Source: Histomonas meleagridis 2922-C6/04-290x (taxonomy: Eukaryota > Protista > Parabasalia). Taken from it: DNA of 64,000 bases. Positions within the stretch are counted from its first letter, which is position 1; each line of letters opens with the position of its first letter. Below the pieces are notes generated by a model. That model saw nothing but the letters and a program-made list of their open reading frames with translations. It made no database searches and was not told the DNA's origin. Both the position numbers and the translations under genes were made by a program. The stretch is taken from the NCBI GenBank assembly GCA_020184695.1, contig JAANOX010000205.1, forward strand, positions 496,001 to 560,000, written 5' to 3'. Shown here in pieces: positions 51,574 through 62,375 of the stretch.

Positions 51574-54042
51574 TTGCCTTCATTTCTTGCGCATCGATAC
51601 TCACCATGTATCTACATTCTCATATCTGAAGAATTATATAAATATGATCCAAAATGTTTTACTAATATTCAAGATGCGTGGGAAAATGTTCTTCTTAAGC
51701 AAAAATTTTGTAAAACACGATACAGGATTATTTTTCCAAATATTAACAAAGGAATTCAACATATAAAAAATGCATTATTTAAAATGTCATATTTTACCAC
51801 AACAACGAATTCTTTAAATAATTCATTTCATTTCAACCCCACTAATTTCAAACCATATATAACAAAAGAGTTACCCACTATTACACTTTTACGTAATATT
51901 TTATTTCGATATGAAGAATTATCAGAACTTGATTTTATAGATATTCCTCAAACCATTTTATTATTTACCCTTCGTAATGAAGTTCCCACATTACCGTCCT
52001 CATATAAATCCACTTGGGCCGCAGAACTTCTTCATCAAATTCCAATGAATGCGATAACATATGATTCCAAAAATCTTCAGTCACTTCTTCATAGCTTTTA
52101 CGAAAGTATTCTTTTACCACGTTTCCGTGATTCATTTCAACAATGTGAACAAGAATTTATACAAAAAATTGTTTTAACTCATAGTATTGAAACGAGTCAA
52201 CGAAACAAAACAAATTTTACTGTTAATGATTTTAACATTATTAAGAAATATTCTGATTATCAGATGATGAATAATGAATATAATATTTCGTTATCATTAC
52301 TTCGAACATTAATACAATATTCACCACGGAACATAACTGAAAACTCATTACAAAGTTTATATTTAACTAAAATTTCATGTGACATAATAATTGGCGAAAT
52401 TACAGACACAACAATACAACAATTAAATCATTTAATTAGTAATACGAATAATATATATTTAAAGTTATTATTTATATTAATACATTTTTGGGTGATATCA
52501 AGGACCGAAAATGACAACAAAATATGTATTAAATTAATCAAAAAATATTTAAAGAATTCGACAAATACAAAATTTAATGAAATTATAAATCCGTTTTTAT
52601 ATGAACAAATTCTTCAATATTCAACAAAGTTTAAAATGCCATTTGAATATTATCAATTAGGGAATGAAATGTTTCGAATTAATGCAAATGAACATGCACT
52701 TAGATCATATTGGAATTCATATTCATTAATTAAAGAAACGAATTTACAAGATTCTAAATCATATTTACTTGATAAAATCATAAATTATTTATTACATGAA
52801 AATAATTTCATTAATCAACCTAAAGATAATGAACAATGGTTTTTAACACATGAAATTGCGTCAATATTAAATTATAATTATATACCGAAATTACCTGTTT
52901 TCGCTACTTATTTATCGATATCAAATCCAATTGAAAGTTTTAAAGTTTGGTTTATTAAATGTAGTGTCGTATCAATATCAATACGTAATTCATTAATTAA
53001 AGGTCCAATTGGATATAAGAAAGATTGGAAAATTATATCACAACGTTTATTTAATAAGAATAAAGAAAATGAACAACTTTTAGCATTTGGGGATAAAATT
53101 ATTATTCGAGTTTTAATAAAAAATCTTTGTAAAGATTTCCCAATTGAAAGTTGTCGATTAAAAGTTAATGGAATATGTAAAACAATTGAGAAAAAATGTG
53201 ATACGATTAAAGACTTTAATGAATATTTATTAACTTTAACTACGAAAAAAGAAAATGAAATTTCGATTATTGGAATTGAAGTTAAATGGCTTCAAAACAT
53301 TCGTTTATATACATTATTCCCGAATGAAATTAAATATGTTTATAAATCTAATGTTCCGCAAATGATAATAAAAGTTGAAGATTATCCAAAGAAATTAATT
53401 GTTGGACAATCGATCATTATTAAAGTTATTTTATATAATGGTAACGTTGATTTAAATTCATTATATGTTAATATTGATTCTGATCTAAATTTAATATATT
53501 TAATTAATCCAAAAAAGTTTTATTTTAATAATATTAAAGCTAAAGAGATTTTGAAATTTGAGTTTTTGTTTTGTGCTTTTAAACCTATGATTGTGTCTGA
53601 TTGGATATTTTTTGTGTATAAAACAAATAATGAATATGTAAGATATGAATCTCATAATGTGAATATTAAAGTTATCGAAAATGTGAATAAATATTCGATA
53701 ATTCCTTCTTTTCCAATGTTTTCATCTTTCGATGAATTACCTTTAAATATTAAAATTAATAAATTGGATAAAAATAAATTCGAATTAGTAATAATAAATA
53801 TTTCGGCTAAAGAAATTAAAAATATAAAAATGAAATTGTGCAAAAATAAGAAAAAAAATTGTTTTTATTTATTAGGATTTTGTAAAAAATGTTTCGATAG
53901 TATTAAGCCAAAAAATAATAAAAAAATTTGTTTCGATTTGTTCGCTGTTGATAATAATTTCCCTTTAATTAAATTATATATAGGAGAGAAAAAGTATGTT
54001 TCTGATACAAGTGTATGGTTTAAATATATTTATGATGAATAA
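51574..54042 (+). CDS. TRAPPC8/Trs85-like large TRAPP subunit (start codon uncertain)
   Basis: YSPCIYIL N-terminal block, KKYSDYQMMNNEY..S, GNEMF....EHALRSY TPR-like region, Ig-like C-terminal region; first in-frame ATG only at 51784. Confidence 0.5.
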   Translation: MPSFLAHRYSPCIYILISEELYKYDPKCFTNIQDAWENVLLKQKFCKTRYRIIFPNINKGIQHIKNALFKMSYFTTTTNSLNNSFHFNPTNFKPYITKELPTITLLRNILFRYEELSELDFIDIPQTILLFTLRNEVPTLPSSYKSTWAAELLHQIPMNAITYDSKNLQSLLHSFYESILLPRFRDSFQQCEQEFIQKIVLTHSIETSQRNKTNFTVNDFNIIKKYSDYQMMNNEYNISLSLLRTLIQYSPRNITENSLQSLYLTKISCDIIIGEITDTTIQQLNHLISNTNNIYLKLLFILIHFWVISRTENDNKICIKLIKKYLKNSTNTKFNEIINPFLYEQILQYSTKFKMPFEYYQLGNEMFRINANEHALRSYWNSYSLIKETNLQDSKSYLLDKIINYLLHENNFINQPKDNEQWFLTHEIASILNYNYIPKLPVFATYLSISNPIESFKVWFIKCSVVSISIRNSLIKGPIGYKKDWKIISQRLFNKNKENEQLLAFGDKIIIRVLIKNLCKDFPIESCRLKVNGICKTIEKKCDTIKDFNEYLLTLTTKKENEISIIGIEVKWLQNIRLYTLFPNEIKYVYKSNVPQMIIKVEDYPKKLIVGQSIIIKVILYNGNVDLNSLYVNIDSDLNLIYLINPKKFYFNNIKAKEILKFEFLFCAFKPMIVSDWIFFVYKTNNEYVRYESHNVNIKVIENVNKYSIIPSFPMFSSFDELPLNIKINKLDKNKFELVIINISAKEIKNIKMKLCKNKKKNCFYLLGFCKKCFDSIKPKNNKKICFDLFAVDNNFPLIKLYIGEKKYVSDTSVWFKYIYDE

Positions 54043-54513
54043 AATGTTTATATTTTTAATTTTATTATTCCAAAATAAATTGCTGAATTTAAATATGGAA
54101 ATTAATATTATCAAAATTTTCATTTATTACTTCAGTTTTTTCACTCATGAAAATGCAAGGAATAGCTTCTCTTTGTGTCATTTCCTTTCCTGCTTCTATC
54201 AATTAGTTACCTAAGTCAATTTTGTTTCCACATAAACATATATAATAGAACCTTCTTTTTAAATAAGCATAGAAAAATGTCGCTTTACTAAGTGTTTCAA
54301 GATCTACGAGAAAAGATAACGACATCACCTTATCTGGCACTGGTTGAATCAAAAATATGAATATCTATATCAAATTATAACTATCATCAAACATATGTTG
54401 GTGAAAGACCATGTGTAAATTTACATTTTTCTAATAGCGTCTACAAATTTATGCTTTCCCTGCTACACCTCGATTCAATATGATGTTATAAATCATTTTC
54501 AATGTTTCTGTTT

Positions 54514-54785
54514 TTATGATTTTTCATTTATGAATTGGAAAATCTTTAAATATCGGTATAGAATAAAAAGTATTGAAAGAATTTTATCAATTGTTGTATA
54601 GCTAAGAAAAATACGAATTTCCAATCTGTCTTTTCCATTAAATGATTGTGAAAGTGTACATAGTTCATAAAGAATACAACCTAAGGGCCAAATATCTGTT
54701 TTAAAATCATATGACTTAAAATTAATAAGTTCTGGTGACGCTTCCTATAGACGTTTTACACTGTTGATATGTAGTGTATAAAATT
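54514..54785 (-). pseudogene. NEK-like kinase fragment (subdomains VIII-IX)
   Basis: KTSIG (frameshift) SPELINFKSYDFKTDIWPLGCILYELCTL..F; no intact N-lobe. Confidence 0.72.
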
Positions 54786-55034
54786 CGAACAACCTGAAGG
54801 TATTGCAAATATGATGTTTATCAGATAGGAAAATTGATTAACGGCTGAATAGGACCGGATCGTTTTTTATTCAATTTTTTGTATTGGTGGGAGTGTGTAT
54901 TCAAAGCTACCATAAACTTCATAATTTTGGTTTATGAACCGATTATTTTGAACCCAAAAAAACAAGTGACATCACTTTTTCATAAAACCCAAATTTAAAC
55001 GGACTAAATCTCATCCCGCCAAAAGAAATTTTGA

Positions 55035-55709
55035 ATGCTTGGGTGGGAAACAGGAGATGCAACCACCAAATTTGCAAAGAAAAAATGGAATGTTTCACAA
55101 GAAGTGCTAGGACCAGGAATTTATGAAATTACATTTAAATATACAAAAGGCAAAAACAAACTTGACATAAATGGTATTAAAGTCAAATGTGACGGTAAAG
55201 AAGAAGCGGCAGATATGAAGCTTGGAACCACCGGTAATGGCGTGAACATAAATAACATATTTGTTGTCACCATTGGACATTTCCAACAGCCAACATTTTT
55301 AGTAGCTAATGTAAGAAGTGACGGAAATGACTCTAACGGCATTATTCAAATAGCGTGCAAAGAATACAGAGGATTGAACTGGGTTACAGGTGAAATACAA
55401 CCAGGTCACCAATATATCACCAAAGAATGGGAAATTACAAGTTACTACAATGGCCCTGGGGATTACGAAATTAAGTTTCAGTATACTCATGGCCGTCATA
55501 GGTTAGATATAAGAAGTGTCCAAATTGTTAATTACAATGAAATCATTAGCCAAGATAATCATGATGGTTATACAGGTAAAGCAGATGTTCAAAACACTTA
55601 TCACGTTCAGATATTTCCTATTCCTCATCAACCAATATGTCTCAAATGCGTTGTTAGAAGCAATGGAGGTGTTGACTCAAATGGGTACGTAACTGTTCGT
55701 AAGCTTTAA
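55035..55709 (+). CDS. Tandem two-domain beta-sandwich protein resembling C-terminal accessory modules of bacterial GH20 hexosaminidases
   Basis: Internal duplication: W...W.V/I...GPG.YEI.F.YT.G...LDI..., G.TG....N.F/Y.V, VRS.G.DSNG in both halves; Inr TCACTTT at about 54972. Confidence 0.6.
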   Translation: MLGWETGDATTKFAKKKWNVSQEVLGPGIYEITFKYTKGKNKLDINGIKVKCDGKEEAADMKLGTTGNGVNINNIFVVTIGHFQQPTFLVANVRSDGNDSNGIIQIACKEYRGLNWVTGEIQPGHQYITKEWEITSYYNGPGDYEIKFQYTHGRHRLDIRSVQIVNYNEIISQDNHDGYTGKADVQNTYHVQIFPIPHQPICLKCVVRSNGGVDSNGYVTVRKL

Positions 55710-56129
55710 GTTTTGTTAGATGTTGATTATTAAATTGTTTTTTAAAAAAATTTTCTCTTTATTTGTATTTACATTTTGTTGGGTTTTTTGTTTTCAAATT
55801 AAGAGTTCAAAAAAACATTTGTAAACGATGAGTATCAAATTAATTTCAAGAAATAATATTTTATATACTTTCTCAAATTTGCTTTAATTTTATATATAAC
55901 ATTTATGTATTTATTAAAATAAAAAGAATAATGTTTTATTATTGAACCCCTATTTTTGTCCAAGATATTTGTGTTTGTTTAAGCACAATTACCGATCAAT
56001 AGTATTCAAAAAGCCACCATTTTTGAGATTGATAATGAAACATAAGTATGACTCAAAATTCATTAAAAAAATATATAAATTGGAAATTAAATTCAAATGC
56101 AATTTTATTTGACTTCCAAAATTCATATA

Positions 56130-56180
56130 CAGAGAGCGGAATGGCCGTATAGTGGATTGAATGGCCGTATAGTGGATTTG
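56130..56180 (+). repeat. Left TIR, containing two direct 18-bp copies of ATGGCCGTATAGTGGATT
   Basis: Copies at 56141-56158 and 56161-56178. Confidence 0.9.
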
Positions 56181-56380
56181 TGATAGCACATAGAATTCAT
56201 CATGTGAACAGTTATGTAGAAAAAGTGGGTTTCCGATAGAAACGATACAATAATTGAGAGGAAAATTTGAATTGATACATTCAATTTCACTATACGGCCA
56301 ATTTAGTAAAAACGTTATGTTTTGTATACTTTACATTTGATTTTTTGATAGAATTGATAACAATAGAATCATTTTTATAG

Positions 56381-58195
56381 ATGAAATGCCATCTTTCTTA
56401 CAATGTCAGGGCAAAAAATTTTGCTCTGCAAGCTCCTCTTAGTACAAGTAATAATAATACAAGTTTTATTCCAGATCTTGGATAAAGATCTGGTTGTGAT
56501 CGAAATTATTTTTCAAGTTCGCAACCTCAAAATATCACAGTACAAGCTTATCTTAGCACACATAATAATGATAGAAGTTTCATTCCAGATATTAATAAAT
56601 GCATCCTTTCACAACATCCAAATCTTGCCCAATTTGTGAATCCAAATCCTGTTTCTAATAATGTTTCTTATAATAAGGAGACAGAAAAAAGGCAAGAGAA
56701 GAGAACGAAAATGTTTGCCCTGCTAAATAGTTTTATAATAAATAATCCTCAGTGTGCAACCGATTTAATACAGGAGTTGATAAATGCATCGACTAACAAA
56801 TCTACTTATTCTACGAAACAGGTAATGATTTACATGGAAAAACTTACTGGAAAGACCTTCGCACAAATGAGAGAGAAGCATAAATTATGTGGTGATAAAG
56901 TTGTTGGACGAATATCATTGAGAACAGCTTGTGGGAAATATTGGGACAAAAACTTAATAGGAAGTGGGGAGCCAATCCTTTCTGATTTGGATATGAAGAA
57001 GTTCATAGATATAGTTCATGATAGAGAAAATGATATAAATTGTTTGGCAACATGTGAGGCAATGACAATAGCAACAACTCTCATAAAACAGAGAGTTGAA
57101 AAAGCCAGAAAACTATTGGAAATATGCAACTGCGAAAAAATATTAACGGAAGTGAGAGAAATACATCCTGATGTGATTTGGCTTCAAAAAATGGCTAAAG
57201 CAGATAATCTATATGTGGTTCCTGCTGGTGAATTGGAAACATTAAGAAGAATTGCTTGTGATAAAGTTGCAATAGAAGACTATTTTTCTAAGCATTCTCA
57301 TCTACTTAAGAGGGATCCTGCATTAATTTTTAACATGGATGAAACTATGGTTTCATTAAAAAAGGAATATAAGGTATTGGTAACTCAAGGCAAAATTCCA
57401 CTTACAGAATCATTTCCAGTATTTCCACACATCACTGCTTGTATAACGGTATCTGCAAGTGGATATGTTATGAAACCATTGTTTATCCTAAAGGATAAAA
57501 AAACATTAAGTGGGCTTGAAAAAGTCAAAGAATCTGGGCATTTTGCAACATCACCAACAGGTTGGACCAACAAAAAACTATTTACTTACTGGGCATATAC
57601 ATTCTTAGCTGGAATTCAGATTTATAGACTTCAGCTTAAACCAGAACTGAGAAAACAGAGGATTCTATTGCTGGTTGATGGACATAAAAGTAGGGCCAAT
57701 TATAATGTTGCAAGATTATATGAGATGTTTGGGATTGATATATTAGTATTTCCTGGGCATACTTCTCATTTATTACAGCCATTTGATGTTGCTATAGCTT
57801 CACCATTGAAGACAATATATAAGAATAAGTTATTGCAATAATAACTAAGTTTATTTGGTGGTACTGATAGAATTCAAAGGAATCTCAAAGCAATAAGAAT
57901 TATGATGATAAAATGTCTGGTATCTGCATTATCAGAAGCTGCTTCAATTGATAATATTCAAAGCGTATTTAGAGCCTCAGGATTATATCCATTAAATCCA
58001 AAAATTCCTTTATCTAGTCAATATGCAATGGAAGTTTCTCTAAGAACCAAATTTCCTGAATTATATGACAAAATTCGAAATGGAAATTTGGTAAATAATC
58101 ACCATTTGAATGGAAGCCTGGAAAACTTGAAATTTGTTTATGAAGTAGAGAATAATAGGAGTTTGACGACCATTGAACAAGTTTATTCTCTGTAA
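56381..58195 (+). pseudogene. Inactivated DDE_1 transposase (DD35D)
   Basis: FNMDET, LLVDGHKS, HLLQPFDV with 35 residues between the last two Asp; one frame from ATG 56381 interrupted by TAA at 56483, 57839 and 57842. Confidence 0.88.
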
Positions 58196-58744
58196 AAAAT
58201 GTAGTGTGATATCAAATTTTTCTATGCATATACTTAAAAAATGGGGGGAATTTTGACACCTGTTCCAGATCTGATCATAGAAAATACCAATGGAATCAAA
58301 AGAATCCACTTGGACGAAGAATATTGCTAAATAAACAATTAGCATAAAATATTCTATTGTTATATATGTTAAAAATGAATGAAACATTTTACATAAACGA
58401 TTTTGAGTCTGTTGAATGTATTTAGTTCGCGTAGACAATTTTGTTGGTTTAAAAAATGATAAAATATAAGCTAATAATCTCATTTCGTATGAAGGAAGTA
58501 AAATTAGTCAAAATATGTTTATAATTTATTCTTGAAATTTACTCTTATGGTGTTCAATATCTTTGATATTTTTGTCAGTAAATTCTAAATATTTGACGAG
58601 ATATTTTTGTTTTCATTTTTTCCATTCAATTTTGAATAGCATTTTTTCTATGGTTTACATCAATAAAGGTGAAGTGATAATAAATTTGAATAGTTTATAT
58701 GACTTCATATGACCAAATAGTAATTCAAAAAAGTGTAATGTATT

Positions 58745-58796
58745 CAAATCCACTATACGGCCAATTCAATGACTACCGGTTTATTTCCGCTCTCTG
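58745..58796 (-). repeat. Right TIR
   Basis: Reverse complement CAGAGAGCGGAAATAAACCGGTAGTCATTGAATTGGCCGTATAGTGGATTTG. Confidence 0.9.
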
Positions 58797-59047
58797 TAGA
58801 TTTAGTTCGTTTTATATTAATTCGATATAAACATCATTTTTACTTTGATCCAAATATAATCGTTCGTCTGGTTTGATGTTTGTGGAGAATTTTGAACATA
58901 TTATTTCTGCAGAATTTTATCAATAAAGTTTTGATCAATCATATTTTCAACAAGTTAATATGTTTCATGATATATATTATATTGACAATTACACAAATGA
59001 ATTCATAATTACTTTTATTAATTTCTTTTTCCTTTAGATTGGTTTCG

Positions 59048-59100
59048 AATAACATAAAAAAAATAACATAAAAAAAATAACATAAAAAAATATCACATAA
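59048..59100. repeat. 14-bp tandem repeat AATAACATAAAAAA, three copies plus a partial one
   Basis: Direct inspection. Confidence 0.85.
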
Positions 59101-59320
59101 ATTTATCTCATGCTAATCAGAATATTATTCTTAGTTTTTTTATTAATCATAGATGTAACTATGTATATATATTATATATTCATAATATCAAGATCGTAGT
59201 ATGATCGCTATATACGTTCGTACAAGTCTTGTTGATACTCGACTTAAGATTAACAGTTTGTTCTTTAATAATATTGGTCTATGTTAGTATCTAATCTTAT
59301 TCATATATTGAATTATCGAT

Positions 59321-59392
59321 TCGCTGATAGTGTAATGGTTATCATGTAGGATTGTCGTTCCTGTGATCCGGGTTCGATTCCCGGTCAGCGAG
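59321..59392 (+). tRNA. tRNA-Asp (GTC), intronless
   Basis: Acceptor TCGCTGA/TCAGCGA, D-loop TAATGGTTA, anticodon arm TAGGA-TTGTCGT-TCCTG, T-loop GGTTCGATTCC, discriminator G. Confidence 0.95.
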
Positions 59393-59399
59393 TTTTTTT
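59393..59399 (+). terminator. Pol III terminator (T7)
   Basis: Run of seven T immediately after the tRNA. Confidence 0.85.
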
Positions 59400-59674
59400 G
59401 CTAAGCAATATGTTTTTTATTGAATTCGATGTTTTCAAAGTTATTACTTTTCTATTAAATAACATTCGATTTGTTCGCTTTTCAGAAATGGAAGCTTCAA
59501 TTTGCATACGAATACATTTGAAATAAAAAAATGTCTTTGAGATAGCTAAGAACATTAATGTTTAATATGAAAAATAAACAGAAGATTATATTGTTACTAG
59601 TAAATATTTTCTACATATTTGAATAAGTTGGTACTACCCCTTTTGCACTTTTTTGTCGATTTTTATTCCAAAAA

Positions 59675-60750
59675 ATGATGAAATCAAGCGATGCGTTCAA
59701 GACACCTGCAATTCCAATTGATGAATTTAAAGAACGACTAAAGGGAACTATTTTAAGCAATGCAGATATAAGGGCATTATTAAGAAATCCGGAATTTCAA
59801 TCATTTCAATTTCGAAATGACCAAGTACTTTTTCTCCGTGAATATCGTGAAAATGTGTGTCATATTGTGCTTAACAACAAAAAACTTGAAGAAATGTTCG
59901 ATGTAAGTCATGGTGTTATAGCAAATATTAGGAAAAAAAGCAAAAAATGCAAAAAATGAATTATGGCGCCCAGAAAATTCAATGATGAAGAAGAAAATCA
60001 AATAATTGAGTATATAACTGAAATGGCAGAAAAAAACGAATTCCTAACGAAACAAGAATTATTGCTGTACATAAAGACAAAATTTGGCAAAGAAGTTGCA
60101 AAATGATGGCTTGCTGGATTCTTTGAGAATTACAAAGATCAAATTGGTTTCACCAATACTATTCCTCAAGAGAACACAAGATTGAATGTGCCTAGAGAAT
60201 TTCTAGATAAGCACATTGATAATATAAATAAATATGTTGTTGGGAATACAGCCGAACTGGTTTTTAACATAGATGAAATGGGTACAAGCGAATGGGAAGA
60301 TAAAAAGATAAAATCGGTTATAGCACCGATAAATATGTGTCAAGCACCTGCTATGGTACCTGTAAAACGTTCAATTAGGCATTTAACATTAATTTCTTGT
60401 ATTAGCGCTACAGGTGATACCATAACTCCGATGACAATTGCTTCTAGCCTACGAGTTTATGATATATTTCGTACAGATATAAGAAATGGAATTGATATGA
60501 AAATTTTAATATCAAATCCTCCATACGTGAAAAAATGATATTTTATGATTATATTACAAATGTATTTATTCCCTATGTAATAATCAGCGAAGTATTGAGG
60601 GGTTTTCAGATGAGTTTGCTGTTTTATTCATTAACGATCATTCTTCACATCGAAATTCTGAAATTTTGGAAATTTTTGCACAGAATCGAAAAATCTGATA
60701 CGTTCAAAAATTGCTTTGTAATTCTTGGTCTTTTCAATTTTTTTTATTAA
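59675..60750 (+). pseudogene. Second, more decayed DDE_1/CENP-B-HTH transposase remnant
   Basis: PRKFNDEEENQI HTH-like block, LVFNIDEMG, LTLISCISATGD; several frameshifts and stops; no matching TIR pair found. Confidence 0.8.
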
Positions 60751-60759
60751 TCGACTTAA

Positions 60760-61100
60760 ATTTAGCTATTTATGTATGATTTTTATCAGATGCACAAATA
60801 AGTGATGTGATAAATAATTTAGGTATTTTTCTAATATTTTTAAATGATTAGAAATATCAAATTATTATAATATATTTCGAAAAAAAGAATAAATATCTTT
60901 TTCATTAATATCAATTCCTTTTTGTGCAAGAAGTAAATTAACTATTTCTTTATGACTTTTCAGATGTTCGATTTTTACCATTTGATCTTGAATATATTTC
61001 AATTTTAAAGGATAAATTAAATTTTGATAATATTATTTAAGTTCAATTTGTGTTACTTTTTCTATTAATTTCGATGGAAATAAATGTAAATTACACATAA
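60760..61100 (-). pseudogene. Degenerate ankyrin-repeat remnant carrying a linker insert (60894-60809 region)
   Basis: HKEIVNLLLAQKGIDINEKD, then 86 AT-rich nt, then TSLICASDKNHT*IAKF. Confidence 0.65.
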
Positions 61101-62024
61101 AAAAATTTGGAGAATAATTCATGAGTTAAATATAAAAAATTCTTAAAAACGATGAAAAGAATTACAAGAAAATTCATAACAAAATGGTTATAATTTTAAT
61201 TAAACAATATTGTTGACATATAAATGTATCGTATTACAAAAGATATTCTTTCATGGATGGTCAAAAATATAATATTTCTTTAATCGATAATGTTGTAAAT
61301 TTTTTACATGCAATAATTTGCTAACTGATCAATATGTATAACAATATATATATATATATATATATTATACAAAAGACAAAGAGATTAATAGAAATATAAC
61401 AAATAAAAATGATATTCATTGATTTTTTTTTTATAAAGAAAAATTTATTCTAGAAATTGTGCTTCGTTTTCTAAAGCATTAAATGAGCCATATGTTATTA
61501 AATTTAACTTTTATAAAATTGTGATGGATCTCATTGATTTCTTTTTCTTCTAGCAGATGATGTGTAATAACTTATTACGTTATTATTAAATAAGAAACAT
61601 CTTTAGAACTCTTGCAGACATCGAATATAATTACAGTAATTATAACTGACAATAAAAAAAAAATTATCCAGAGTTATGTTGTTATGATCTATTTTGGTTG
61701 ACATTTTTTACAAGTACTTCCATGAGTATATGTCTTCAAAAGTAAAATATTACAATGTATTTTGTGAATTTGATGAATTTCAGTAGTTTGTGTGCTGATG
61801 TTAACTTTTGTTTTGAAATTTTCCTTTTTATTGTCTTCTTTATACACTTGAAATTCGAGTTGATTTTGTTCTGTAAAACTATTTTCAGTATTTATCGAAA
61901 GCCAAGAAGTGACATTCATAGAAGAAGATTCTGAATTAGAATTTTCTTTTGCACCTTTTTCACGAAGTAAATTTTCTATTATGGTATAACTATTTTGTTG
62001 TGCGATTTGAATTGCTGTATAAAA

Positions 62025-62098
62025 TTACTAAAATAATTTCCAAATTATTAAAACATATTACAAATTAATAAAACAAATTCTAAATTATTCAAATGAAT
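62025..62098 (-). other. Modular linker insert, 74 nt (ATTCA + 3x20-nt unit + TTTTAGTAA)
   Basis: Lies between ACT (KT) and TTT TAT ACA (FYT). Confidence 0.75.
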
Positions 62099-62191
62099 AG
62101 TTTTTGCATTAACATCAATTCCTTTATCTAAAAGTAGTTTTACTATTTCTATATTATTATTTCTAACTGCTATATGAAGTGCTGTTTCAAA

Positions 62192-62225
62192 TTATTAAAA
62201 CAAATCCAAAATTATTCAAATGAAT
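62192..62225 (-). other. Modular linker insert, 34 nt (ATTCA + 1x20-nt unit + TTTTAATAA)
   Basis: Lies between GAT (KD) and TTT GAA ACA. Confidence 0.75.
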
Positions 62226-62321
62226 ATCTTTTGCATTCACATCGATTCCTTCTTTATCTAAAAGTAATTTTACTATTTCTATATTATTATTTCTAACTGC
62301 AATATGAAGTGCTGTTTCAAA

Positions 62322-62375
62322 TTATTAGAATATATTCCAAATTATTAAAACATAATTTAAATTATTCAAACGAAT
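62322..62375 (-). other. Modular linker insert, 54 nt (ATTCG + 2x20-nt unit + TTCTAATAA)
   Basis: Lies between codons ACT (KT) and TTT GAA ACA (FET). Confidence 0.75.

Larger units (their letters stand above)
56130..58796 (+). mobile_element. Tc1/mariner-superfamily (pogo-like) DNA transposon, 2667 bp, with TA target-site duplication
   Basis: TA|CAGAGAGCGGAA at the left end and TTCCGCTCTCTG|TA at the right end, about 51-bp imperfect TIRs, and an internal DDE_1 transposase. Confidence 0.92.

Noticed and set aside
56129-56136. ACAGAGA box suggesting U6 snRNA
   Set aside because: It is the transposon end (TA + CAGAGAG) and has no other U6 features.
59620-61000. Terminal inverted repeats for the second transposase remnant
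   Set aside because: No reverse-complement match to the candidate left end (TACTACCCCTTTTGCAC) was found downstream in the window.
51547-62327. Idea that TAA is reassigned to a sense codon (in-frame TAAs at 51547, 56483, 57839, 57842 and in the ankyrin inserts)
   Set aside because: Most intact conserved genes here (eL42, RPB5, cofilin, 14-3-3, beta-adaptin) end in TAA and contain none internally, and readthrough would not fix the frameshifts.
62025-62375. CRISPR-like array interpretation of the repeated units
   Set aside because: Eukaryotic context, the 'spacers' are ankyrin codons, and there are no cas genes.
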